Assembly: GCA_963666285.1 (NCBI GenBank)
Contig: OY762711.1
From: Sedimentisphaerales bacterium
GTDB lineage: Bacteria; Planctomycetota; Phycisphaerae; Sedimentisphaerales; SM23-30
Reading direction: 5' to 3' (one strand)
Length of the DNA stretch: 64,000 nucleotides
Both the position numbers and the translations under genes were made by a program. Below the pieces are notes generated by a model. That model did not search any database, was not told where the DNA came from, and saw nothing but the letters and a program-made list of their open reading frames with translations. Numbering within the stretch: position 1 is the first letter of the stretch; every line of letters begins with the position of its first letter. This document shows, piece after piece, positions 1 through 9,060 of this stretch.

Positions 1-2385
1 CGGCTTTATCTTGATAAAAGCTATGATGATCCAATTGAAATTTTAACCGATAAGGATGGTATTGCCAGAGTGTCTCTTACACCGGGCGTTTATGAACTTG
101 GTACGCCAATGAAAGACAGATATGTCAGTGTTTTTAAGTCGAATCCTAAAATCGAGATTAAGGAAAACAGTAGAGCTCAATATGAATTTCAGATGACTGA
201 TGCCCCAAGGTTAATAGGGTACGTTCATGATAGTACCGGCAAACCTGTTGCCAATGCCGTAGTTCGGCTTATCCCGGAAGGTCCAAAAGAAGGTTATTTA
301 ACAAATGAAAATGGCAAGTTTGAATTTTCCTGGAGGCTCAGGCCAATTACGACCTATCTCGTTGCCCGGAATCCGCTTGACAATACCGCGGGTGTTATCC
401 AAATACATGACGGAATGGGTGAATTAAAAACCGACTATGTTAATGATCCGGAGAATATTATACTTAGCGAGGCCCAAACTGTAACAGGCCGGGTGTTAAA
501 TGAAACTGGTGATGTGGTTGCCGGTGCCAGGGTAGAGATTTTGAAAAACACCCCGCGCGGGCTGGCTATGATTGCCTCTGGCATAACTGACAGAAGCGGA
601 AACTATTCCATCAATGCGATACCTCCGGATGTTGAAGGCTGTTGGGTACGAGCCGAGGCAGACCGGTACGGCGGGCCGGTTTGTATTCAAGTCAAGCCCC
701 CTTCAGCGGGAAATATTTGTCAGGCTGAATCTTTGACATTGAAGATTCCAGACAGTTCAATCTCCGGTGTCGTTGCAGATAGTGAGGGTAATACGATTGA
801 AGGAGCAACAGTCAAAACTGCCTGCGGGTACGACGGTCAGCCGGAACGGATTGTCAAAACAGATAGTAATGGCCGGTTTGTTATTGACGGGGTATGCAAA
901 GGGGAATTGAGCCTGTTTGCGAAGAAAGGAGAACTTGGCACTTTCCGGGTCGATACATTTGGCGGCAAAAAAGATCTAAAAATAGTATTAACTCCGCAGG
1001 TGGCGGTATTTCCTGGTGTTAAACCGCTAATTTCAGGCATCGCTGTAACGGCTAAACCTGTTAAAACTACCTGGAATGTTGGTGAAGTGCCTCAGGTTGA
1101 AGTTGTTGTTGATATTGCTGATGAGCAGGTTTACCAAGCTAGTAAACTGAGTGAGATACATTTCAGCCATTATTACAATGCTTTTATGGTCATAGTTGAC
1201 GGCCGGGAATATGTCACCGACCATTCCGCTACGGCATATCCTGTCTCTTTGATGGCTCCATGGAAGATTAAATTGCCGCTGGATATCTGGGTAATCCCTC
1301 GCAAGACCGGCGATACCCTGGCAGACGTTCAGCAGCTCAAACTCACCCCCGGCAAACACAAGGTCAAGATCGCCTTTATAGGCAGAGATAATTATTCAGT
1401 TGAAAAAAACTTCTCCGGCCCCGATGCCTTTGTGATGCCCGTATCTGAGGAATTTGAGATAGAAATACAGCCAGATATTATTGACCGTGCCGGTTTTAAT
1501 AATGTTAAGGTAGGGCTAGTCAGTATATGTAATAAGCGTACCGGTTTGTCTTATGGCTTGGATGGGAATGTAATCAATAAGCCGGGCTATTTTATTGAAT
1601 GGCCGACAGGGAATTCCAGACCTGACTTTAACCGGCTTCCTTCTTCGGAGGTTCCGGCTAATAATTATGAGTATGAAAAAGAGAATAATTTTGATTATTA
1701 TGAAGTTGTCGTAAAAATAGATGGGGTAAAACCTGTTGACAAAACATGGATAAAATGGGAGGCAGATAAAAGTGGAACTCTTTTTTCAGATCGCGGCCTT
1801 ACCGGTAAAGGTATTGAAGATAATTATTATGCTGCAAGATTACGTGTGCCCAAAGGTGCAAAGACGACTAATATAAATCTTGGTATGAATGTGAGAGGGT
1901 GGAAAATACTTGAGAGTTTTGATGAGCCGGGCGAATACAAAACAGATAATTATTATGTTAAGCTTGAGATAAGTGATCTGGATCCAAGGTCAAGAGGTTT
2001 TGAAATCAGGTGTACGCATAATATTGCAGACCATCAGGTGAAACTTGATCTTTTAGATAAGAAAGGGATTGCCCACGGGCAAATGCAGAATATTATATGG
2101 AAGGTCGATGATGGTTTATTTATGATCAGGTCAACGTTTGATCGGAAGCTTAAAGATATAATCAAGGGCTACCGGGTGTGTATTGGTGATAATGATTGGT
2201 TTACTCTAAAAGATGTCAAACTTCCGGTAGAAGAAGATAACGAGACAGTTGCATCTAGTACAGCAGTCAGTTCAGAGTTAGATAATGATGAAGGAAGCAA
2301 AAGAGTTTCAGAAATAGAAAAAGATGCTAAATGGTATGAGGTTAAGGTTGTTGATACAGAAGGTCGGCCGGCAGCAGGCAGATAG
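1..2385 (+). CDS. Large multi-domain protein with carboxypeptidase-regulatory-like (transthyretin-fold) repeats; 5' end lies outside the window
   Basis: Frame is open from base 1. Repeated G-x-V-x-D-x-x-G-x-P/V-V-A-x-A-x-V ... T-D-x-x-G-x-F/Y units (GYVHDSTGKPVANAVV, GRVLNETGDVVAGARV, GVVADSEGNTIEGATV). Confidence 0.7.
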   Translation, partial: RLYLDKSYDDPIEILTDKDGIARVSLTPGVYELGTPMKDRYVSVFKSNPKIEIKENSRAQYEFQMTDAPRLIGYVHDSTGKPVANAVVRLIPEGPKEGYLTNENGKFEFSWRLRPITTYLVARNPLDNTAGVIQIHDGMGELKTDYVNDPENIILSEAQTVTGRVLNETGDVVAGARVEILKNTPRGLAMIASGITDRSGNYSINAIPPDVEGCWVRAEADRYGGPVCIQVKPPSAGNICQAESLTLKIPDSSISGVVADSEGNTIEGATVKTACGYDGQPERIVKTDSNGRFVIDGVCKGELSLFAKKGELGTFRVDTFGGKKDLKIVLTPQVAVFPGVKPLISGIAVTAKPVKTTWNVGEVPQVEVVVDIADEQVYQASKLSEIHFSHYYNAFMVIVDGREYVTDHSATAYPVSLMAPWKIKLPLDIWVIPRKTGDTLADVQQLKLTPGKHKVKIAFIGRDNYSVEKNFSGPDAFVMPVSEEFEIEIQPDIIDRAGFNNVKVGLVSICNKRTGLSYGLDGNVINKPGYFIEWPTGNSRPDFNRLPSSEVPANNYEYEKENNFDYYEVVVKIDGVKPVDKTWIKWEADKSGTLFSDRGLTGKGIEDNYYAARLRVPKGAKTTNINLGMNVRGWKILESFDEPGEYKTDNYYVKLEISDLDPRSRGFEIRCTHNIADHQVKLDLLDKKGIAHGQMQNIIWKVDDGLFMIRSTFDRKLKDIIKGYRVCIGDNDWFTLKDVKLPVEEDNETVASSTAVSSELDNDEGSKRVSEIEKDAKWYEVKVVDTEGRPAAGR

Positions 2386-2577
2386 ATATAAAGGTGGAGA
2401 TATGCCGCGGACCTGGGCGTTGATATATAATGATATCTCGGAACCGTTTACTTTTTACGAGGAAGGTTTGTACGAACTTGAAGTTGATCTTGTGGTGCCG
2501 TAATGATAGTGAACGAGTTATTGTATACACATAGTGTATGATTTGTTCGGTTGCTCGGAAGGTAAGTGATGATAGTG

Positions 2578-2623
2578 AAAAAAAGAGCTCATACCTGAGT
2601 GGTATGGGCTCTTTACTTTTTTT
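2578..2623. terminator. Bidirectional intrinsic terminator between convergent genes
   Basis: Stem AAAGAGCTCATACC / GGTATGGGCTCTTT with a 5-nt loop, flanked by A and T runs. Confidence 0.75.
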
Positions 2624-2635
2624 GGTATTGAAATC

Positions 2636-5600
2636 TTATTGAATGTTTGCCAGTTCTGCAATTTCGGAGTTAGAGAAAGCTGTATTGTATAATCTGAGTT
2701 CGTCGATACTTCCACTGAAAGGGAACACCGCAGACTGAATACCGGATGTCGAGTCGGTGTCCATAGCGCCGATAATTATATTTTCTGTTAGAGCCGTGTT
2801 TATAATCGCGTCCAGTGATCCGGCGTTAGTTGAGATTTCAAAGCCATCTACAAACAGTTTGACCTGGTTGAGGTTGTCAGCAGTATCAGGCAATACAGCT
2901 GCAATATGATGCCATTGGCCATCTTCCAGGTCCGGGCCGCCGATTAGTCTGCCGGCATAAATTGCCAGGGCCAGCTGGCCGGTCTGGTTGTCGAGCATTA
3001 GCAGCCATTTCCTGGCGGATTCTGCTTTGCCCCAGGAAATGATAGAGTGAATATTCTTTTCGGTATTTGTGAGGTCTTCGTCGGCCTTGATCCATGCCGA
3101 GAAAGTTCTTGGGTTAGAGCTGCCAATGCCCGGTAAATTATCCACGATGATATAATCATCTGTACCGTCGAAGGTCATACTGCCCAGCAGATAGCCGGCA
3201 GTTGTTTTGGTCGGGCCGTTAACCGGTTGGCAAGTATGATTATAGATCGAGCTGTCAGTTATTGTGTTATTGCCCGGGTGGTCAAATTTCAGGTACAGCT
3301 GAAGAGTTTCATCGGCAAGCCAGTTGTGAGCCTGAACAGCAAAATCTTTGATATTGACGTTCGAGTCGCCGGTCAGGTCTGCTCCGTCACAGGCGGGTGT
3401 ATCTGAGCAGTCAGAAAGCAGCCATTGAGCGGCAAGTGCAGCCAGGTCGTCGGGGCCGCGTTGACCTGAATAGACGTTTGTTACCCGGATAGTCATCTGA
3501 GCGGTATCGAAGCCAACCTGGTTAGCTACACGAACAGTGAAGGTATTGGTGCCTGCGTGTGAATCGGCCGGTATACCTGATAGAGAGCCATCATCTGAAA
3601 CGTTGAGCCAGTTCGGACCAGCATCCAGGCTGAATGTCAATGTATCAGTTCCGAGCGGAGAGTCGACATATTCTGTAAGCGGTGTTCCGGTGTAGGGTTG
3701 AAGTTCAATGGCTTCGAGGTTTGAGATTGTGTCAGTTGTGAATGATGGGGGCATTGACAGTACCGTGATCTGAGAATCATCAAGTGCATAGTCCAGGATA
3801 CGGAAGTCATCGATTTGGCCGTTAAAGAGCGGGTCAGACCATTGGCTTTTGCCGATATAGTTTACGGTTGGGTTAAAATCTGTCGGGTCAATGGTCATCG
3901 CGGTATTTATGTCTTTTAGCCGGCCGTTGACATACAGTCTGCCGGTGTTGCCGGTGAGGGTTACGGCGACATGTGTCCATTGTCCGGCAGTGAGTCCGGT
4001 AGCCTGGAGTTTCTGTTCGGCTGATTTGTCGCCGGAACCGGATATAGCAAAGGTAAGAGTGCCGGAGTCAGCGTTGGGCGACAGAAACATATATTCAGTG
4101 GTATTATTGCCGAAGTCAAATATTCGCTGCCAGTTTCCGCCGCCGTCCCATTTGACCCAGGCAGCGATAGTGAAATCCTCGGTATTAATAACATCAGTCG
4201 GCAGTGTGACATAGTCGTTGCTGCCGTCAAGATCGATCGCCTGGCCAAGTATGCCGGTTGGGTAGGTTGGGCTGCCGATTGGCGTACCGTGGTTTGTGCC
4301 ATTGTTGTCATTAACAGATCCTTCGAACCTGTAGTAAGTATTTGCCGGTTCGCTGACAATGATATCAATTGCGATATCGTCGCTTGCACCTAAAGAATCA
4401 GTAGCGCGAACAACAAAAGTATTTTTGCCGCCAGTGCCGCTGCCGGGTGTGCCAGAGAGAGTGCCGTTAGAAGCGACGTTAAGCCATGTCGGCCCGCTGA
4501 TTTTGCTGAAGCTGATTGTGTTTCCTTCCGGGTCGGCGGCAAAGTTTGCCAGTGTCTGGCCGGAGTATGCGGCATTGGTACGGGCATTTGGCAGATCGAT
4601 TAAGTTGGAGCTGAATTTTGGAGGATTGTTGGCGTTTTGTCCCCATAGGTTCCAGATTTGTGAGCCGGAAAGGGCGTGGTTAAAAATTCTGAACTCATCA
4701 ATTCGTCCGTTAAAGAGCGGGTCGGCACTAAACTGGCTGTCGCCGATATAGTTTCGGTCTGCCAGCAGCTCTGCGGGGTTTATTGTGACATTGCCGTTTG
4801 AAGAGACAGCCTTGCCGTTGACATATAAAGTAGCGGCATCATCTCTCAATGTAACCGCCAGGTGTACCCATTGGCCGGTGGCCAGTCTTGATGTGTCTAC
4901 TCTCTGCTCGCTGCCGCCGTTTTTGATAGCGAATCGCATGACGCTGCCATTGCTCGGAGTGAGGAACATGAAGTTTGAAGAGCTGGAGCCGAAATCGAAG
5001 ATGCGCTGCCAGTTGTTTCCGCCGTCCCAATATACCCATGCGGTTATGCTCATATCGTTAGTATCAGCCACGCCGGCAGGCAGGACGACATAGTCGTTAG
5101 AACCGTCAAGATCGATAGCGGTATCAATTTTACCGGTGGTGTATGATGGTGACCCATAAGCGGTTCCGTTAAATGCCCCGGTAGTGTCGTCTGTGTTGTT
5201 ATCGAAATGCCACCAGCCGGTTTTACCTTTTATCGAGAGACGGCGTGTGCGGCTGGTTAGATTATCATGGGTATCGGCGGCTATACAGTAATAGTTTCCG
5301 GCATCGGCGGCGGTGACATTTGTAATTTGCAGTGTCGATCTGTTTGCACCTGAGATTCGTGTTCCGTTATTTAGAGCAGTACCGTCTTTGTACCATTGGT
5401 AGGAGTCGGCCAGCGGCGAAGCAACACCGAAGATTGCAGTGCCGCCCAGCGGGGCGACCTGGTGTTCGGCTTCTTTGCTGTATGCCAAGATTCCCATATC
5501 GCAGCGCAGGGCCGCCATAATCTGGACGTGTTTGATGCGTTCGGCATAGCTGGTATCTTCGCTGTCGTAGTTAAGTCCCCAGGGCCAGATGTGTGTGCCG

Positions 5601-6004
5601 TCTCCATGGAGGCCATCGGCGTAGCCACCGTCCATTGCCAGTGCGAGCTTGCGTCCATAAAAGCCCTGCCAGAGGCCGCTAACCATAAGATTGCCGTATC
5701 TTCCGTATGTGCCGACGCCGACGGTGTGTCCCATTTCGTGCATTGCTACGCGAGTGTTGCGTGATCCGCCGAAAGTTATGACACCATCGTAGTTGGCCTG
5801 GGCAGTCGGCACGCCGGAGTTGTAATAGACGGACAGATGTTTGTTGAAAGAGCCGTACTTATTGTATATCGGGACGGCTTCTTCGATAGATGCCCTGACA
5901 TCGCTGAGGGCGCTGGAGTCAAACCAGTAGGTGACATCTGAATAGGCAGATGATGAAACGGCAAATAAAAGAAACATAAATTTACAAACGCACTTTGAAT
6001 ACAT
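2636..6004 (-). CDS. Secreted modular protein: zincin metallopeptidase, Ig, LamG, cadherin/He_PIG-like, LamG, He_PIG-like, dockerin-like, LamG
   Basis: Signal peptide; HEMGH zinc motif; Ig YQWYKDG...DAGNYYC; LamG motifs (LDGSNDYV, WQRIFDFG, FNGRIDEFRIF); GPTWLNV..GTLSGTP repeats; DLTGDSNVNIKDFA..WL. Confidence 0.85.
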   Translation of the reverse strand: MYSKCVCKFMFLLFAVSSSAYSDVTYWFDSSALSDVRASIEEAVPIYNKYGSFNKHLSVYYNSGVPTAQANYDGVITFGGSRNTRVAMHEMGHTVGVGTYGRYGNLMVSGLWQGFYGRKLALAMDGGYADGLHGDGTHIWPWGLNYDSEDTSYAERIKHVQIMAALRCDMGILAYSKEAEHQVAPLGGTAIFGVASPLADSYQWYKDGTALNNGTRISGANRSTLQITNVTAADAGNYYCIAADTHDNLTSRTRRLSIKGKTGWWHFDNNTDDTTGAFNGTAYGSPSYTTGKIDTAIDLDGSNDYVVLPAGVADTNDMSITAWVYWDGGNNWQRIFDFGSSSSNFMFLTPSNGSVMRFAIKNGGSEQRVDTSRLATGQWVHLAVTLRDDAATLYVNGKAVSSNGNVTINPAELLADRNYIGDSQFSADPLFNGRIDEFRIFNHALSGSQIWNLWGQNANNPPKFSSNLIDLPNARTNAAYSGQTLANFAADPEGNTISFSKISGPTWLNVASNGTLSGTPGSGTGGKNTFVVRATDSLGASDDIAIDIIVSEPANTYYRFEGSVNDNNGTNHGTPIGSPTYPTGILGQAIDLDGSNDYVTLPTDVINTEDFTIAAWVKWDGGGNWQRIFDFGNNTTEYMFLSPNADSGTLTFAISGSGDKSAEQKLQATGLTAGQWTHVAVTLTGNTGRLYVNGRLKDINTAMTIDPTDFNPTVNYIGKSQWSDPLFNGQIDDFRILDYALDDSQITVLSMPPSFTTDTISNLEAIELQPYTGTPLTEYVDSPLGTDTLTFSLDAGPNWLNVSDDGSLSGIPADSHAGTNTFTVRVANQVGFDTAQMTIRVTNVYSGQRGPDDLAALAAQWLLSDCSDTPACDGADLTGDSNVNIKDFAVQAHNWLADETLQLYLKFDHPGNNTITDSSIYNHTCQPVNGPTKTTAGYLLGSMTFDGTDDYIIVDNLPGIGSSNPRTFSAWIKADEDLTNTEKNIHSIISWGKAESARKWLLMLDNQTGQLALAIYAGRLIGGPDLEDGQWHHIAAVLPDTADNLNQVKLFVDGFEISTNAGSLDAIINTALTENIIIGAMDTDSTSGIQSAVFPFSGSIDELRLYNTAFSNSEIAELANIQ

Positions 6005-6577
6005 TGTCCGGTCCTTGATTAATCTTCGAACTTATCCCAAAAAATGATTGTCAGGTTTGATAGTGTTTTGAGGTAGGTTCTAATATCCAATTTCTCTTTG
6101 TCTTACTCCAATTCATGCAGGAAAAGCCAATTGCTCTATCCGGAAGCATTTCTGTATTATATCAGTTTTGAATAACAACAGTCCAATTCCGGAAATCAAA
6201 AGCACATGATTTTTTGAAATACTTAATTGATGGTTATTGCTGCAATTATGTTTTCCTGGCAGTATTTTCTATATAGTATTAGTATACCATTCTATTTGGC
6301 AATATAGCTGAATTTTCACTAAAAAATAATATATAAAGAGCTTAATTTGTGATAATTTAGGCAAATGTGCGCAAAAGTAAGATATTTCTGGTGTGTTTGA
6401 GAGATATATTAAGCTGACTAAGTTTTGAAAAATAGCAGCTTTATTGGATTGGGTTGAAGTTGGAAAGATTAGAAATATAGTTAATTGTATCGGTTATGGT
6501 GGATTTTCCGGCTTTCAGGTCAGAGAATATATTTGTTTTGTTCAATAATCTCCTGTTTCCTTCAGCTTATATAGTGC

Positions 6578-6605
6578 TTGACCTGAGATGGTTTACTGGT
6601 AAAAT
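6578..6605 (+). promoter_or_regulatory. Sigma70-type promoter
   Basis: TTGACC-N16-TAAAAT with an extended -10 TG, ~50 nt upstream of the 6655 start. Confidence 0.45.
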
Positions 6606-6654
6606 TTATTATCATAAGTAAGCAAAATGAAATAACATTGAAAAAGGGGATAAT

Positions 6655-7737
6655 ATGCGAACGAATACACAATCGGTTCTTTTCTGTTTGTTATTATCAA
6701 TTATAATTTTGGTTCGAGCGAGTGCATGTACGAGTTTTTGTATGGATACGCCTAGCGGTCCGATTTTTGGTAGTAATCTTGATTTGTTTATCCCGGCATA
6801 TGGAATAGTGGTTGTGAATCAGAAAGGTATGGTGAAAAAAAGCTTTTCAGATCAGAAGGGTACGACAGGTAAAGAGCTTGAGTGGGTTTCTAAGTATGGC
6901 AGTGTAACATTTAACCTTGCCGGGCGTGAATGGTGCTGGAGCGGGATGAATGAGGCCGGGCTTGTGTTGGGTGCGATGGAGCTGGTAGATTCAAAGTTTC
7001 CAGATAAGGATGAACGTCCGGGTTTGCCGATAGGAATGTGGGCCCAGTATATAATGGATACGTGCGGTACTGTGTCGGATGTAGCTAAGGTAAAGGATAA
7101 GGTGAGGATGGATGATCCTGCGACTCCGGCGCATTTTTTGATTGCTGATGCGAAGGGCGACTGTATTGCGATAGAGTGGATAGATGGCAAGATAGTGCAG
7201 TATATCGGCAAGACGATGGAAGTTAAGGCTATGGCAAATATGCGATATGGTCAGGGAGTAGAAGCATATAAAAGAGGCGGTCCAAAATGGTGGTGGTCTA
7301 ACCCTGGTCAGTCGGCAGAGCGGGTTGCCGGAGCAAAGCAGAGGTGTGATGGTTATGATGCCGGGAAGGAGCCGGATGCAATTAAGTACGCGTTTGGTAC
7401 GCTGGTGGATGTGGTAGCGGCCGGACATACCAAGTGGAGCATAGTGTATGATATTGCCAAGCGTGAGATATGGTATGGGACGGCGTACAGCAAGCCTGTA
7501 AAGCATATATCATTTAAGAACCTGGATTTTAAGTGCGGCGGGGATTTGATGGTGATAGATGTTAATATTCAGCAGGAAGGTGACGTAGAAAAATATTTTG
7601 GTCCTCTCAAACGTGAGGATAATTTGAATCTCTTAAAACATATATGTGTTAACTATGGAATTGATTTAACAGAAGAAGAGTATAATGATGTGGTAGATCA
7701 TCTCGAGAGTTTTGAATGTGAAGTGAAAGATAAATAA
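6655..7737 (+). CDS. Secreted linear amide C-N hydrolase (choloylglycine hydrolase / penicillin V acylase family, Ntn fold)
   Basis: Signal peptide ending ASA followed by the nucleophile Cys (CTSF...GSNLD); SKYGSVTFN, GMNEAGL, HFLIADAKGD and TKWSIVYD motifs. Confidence 0.85.
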   Translation: MRTNTQSVLFCLLLSIIILVRASACTSFCMDTPSGPIFGSNLDLFIPAYGIVVVNQKGMVKKSFSDQKGTTGKELEWVSKYGSVTFNLAGREWCWSGMNEAGLVLGAMELVDSKFPDKDERPGLPIGMWAQYIMDTCGTVSDVAKVKDKVRMDDPATPAHFLIADAKGDCIAIEWIDGKIVQYIGKTMEVKAMANMRYGQGVEAYKRGGPKWWWSNPGQSAERVAGAKQRCDGYDAGKEPDAIKYAFGTLVDVVAAGHTKWSIVYDIAKREIWYGTAYSKPVKHISFKNLDFKCGGDLMVIDVNIQQEGDVEKYFGPLKREDNLNLLKHICVNYGIDLTEEEYNDVVDHLESFECEVKDK

Positions 7738-7768
7738 AATCAGGTAATATTGGAAAAAAGGATTAATA

Positions 7769-8560
7769 ATGAAGAAAGTTTTGTTGTTTGCGGTATTGTT
7801 TCTAAGTTTTATTTCTAACAGTCTTTTTGCTGAAGAAGGATTGCGTGTATTATTTATCGGAAACAGCTTTACCTTCCAGGGACCGATACCGGAGATCTTC
7901 CAGGCGATAGCAGTTGATGCCGGCAAGGCCAAGCCTGAGGTACGGCTGGAAGCAGTAGGAGGTAAGTCGCTGGGATTTCACAGTAATCGAAAAGAGACGT
8001 TACAAGCGATAGATGAAGGTAATTGGGATTTTGTTGTTTTACAGGAATACAGCACGAACCCAACGGATAATATAGGTAGTCCGGAAGAGTTTAAGTCAAA
8101 TGCTGTAAAACTTTATGACAGGATCAAGACAAGCAGCCCGGAGGCTAAGGTAGTAATGTATGAAACCTGGGCCCGGCATGAAAAGCATGATATTTATAAG
8201 AAATCGTTTAAGGACAGGACCGAGATGCAGAGCCAACTGATCAAGCATTATAGAGATTGTGCGGCAAAGTATATTCCGACCCATTGCAAGTCTACGGATA
8301 AGGCGGATGTGCTGCTGGCACCGGCAGGAGAGGCCTGGCAGGCGAACTATCTGGACAGGAATATTATGCTGCATGCCGATGAGTTGTATCATGCCGGGGA
8401 TGCCGGTAAATACCTGAACGGCCTGGTTATTTATGCTACTATATATAAGAGCAAGGTTAGTGGCTTGAAACCTCAGTTGAGTGTAAGTAAAGAAGATGCG
8501 GAATACCTGCAGAAAATTGTGGATAAACTGTGTAAAAGCGAGCTTACTAAAACTGACTGA
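7769..8560 (+). CDS. Secreted SGNH/GDSL-like hydrolase (DUF4886-like)
   Basis: Signal peptide; VLFIGNSFT block I; WDFVVLQE; YETW; DELYH. Confidence 0.75.
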   Translation: MKKVLLFAVLFLSFISNSLFAEEGLRVLFIGNSFTFQGPIPEIFQAIAVDAGKAKPEVRLEAVGGKSLGFHSNRKETLQAIDEGNWDFVVLQEYSTNPTDNIGSPEEFKSNAVKLYDRIKTSSPEAKVVMYETWARHEKHDIYKKSFKDRTEMQSQLIKHYRDCAAKYIPTHCKSTDKADVLLAPAGEAWQANYLDRNIMLHADELYHAGDAGKYLNGLVIYATIYKSKVSGLKPQLSVSKEDAEYLQKIVDKLCKSELTKTD

Positions 8561-8740
8561 TGATTAGTCTCTTTATGTTGATGTAACATATTTTAAGATA
8601 ATCTGTTATGTATTAGTATAAACAGATTGCCGCTCTGCGGCTTTCAAGCTTTTAGGTCTAAGATGCGCCTTAGGCGAGTTCTTGTTCCCCTATCTCTTAT
8701 GCCTTTCAAATTTAGTGTCGGTAGTTTTGGAAATTTATTT

Positions 8741-8795
8741 TTTTCAAAAAAAACATTTTTATGCGGGAAAAAAACGGACAAAATTCATATGAATA
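8741..8795 (+). promoter_or_regulatory. Conserved bipartite upstream motif, copy 1 (putative alternative/ECF sigma promoter)
   Basis: A/T tracts then GGGAAAAAA at 8765 and TTCATATG at 8784; identical spacing in copy 2 at 11674/11693. Confidence 0.6.
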
Positions 8796-9060
8796 TACAG
8801 GAAATACCGTTCTATCAGGTATTTTGTTGATATTTTTAGTCTGTGTTCGGTTCAGATACGAACTATGTAGTAATCTTTGTTTTTTAATATACTTAATTGC
8901 ATGAGGTTTCTATTCTGTTTTCTATTAGTCGTCATTGATTTGTATTAAATGTTAAGAACTTTTGTCTATGTTATTGATATTTTGTCCTATATAAGAATTT
9001 TCAAAGATGTTTAGTTGTATTTCTTGAACTATTTATTCATTTATTTTGGAGGTTATTAGA

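Noticed and set aside
2499..2510. Four tandem stop codons TAATGATAGTGA
   Set aside because: Likely chance in a degenerate intergenic stretch; no functional context.
6087..6188. Four CCAATT hexamers upstream of the zincin-LamG gene
   Set aside because: Short, AT-rich and irregularly spaced (21, 19, 56 nt); compatible with chance.
8627..8830. 67-aa ORF and small hairpins upstream of paralog A
   Set aside because: TTG start with no RBS, overlaps the conserved upstream motif, and the hairpins are short and unassignable.
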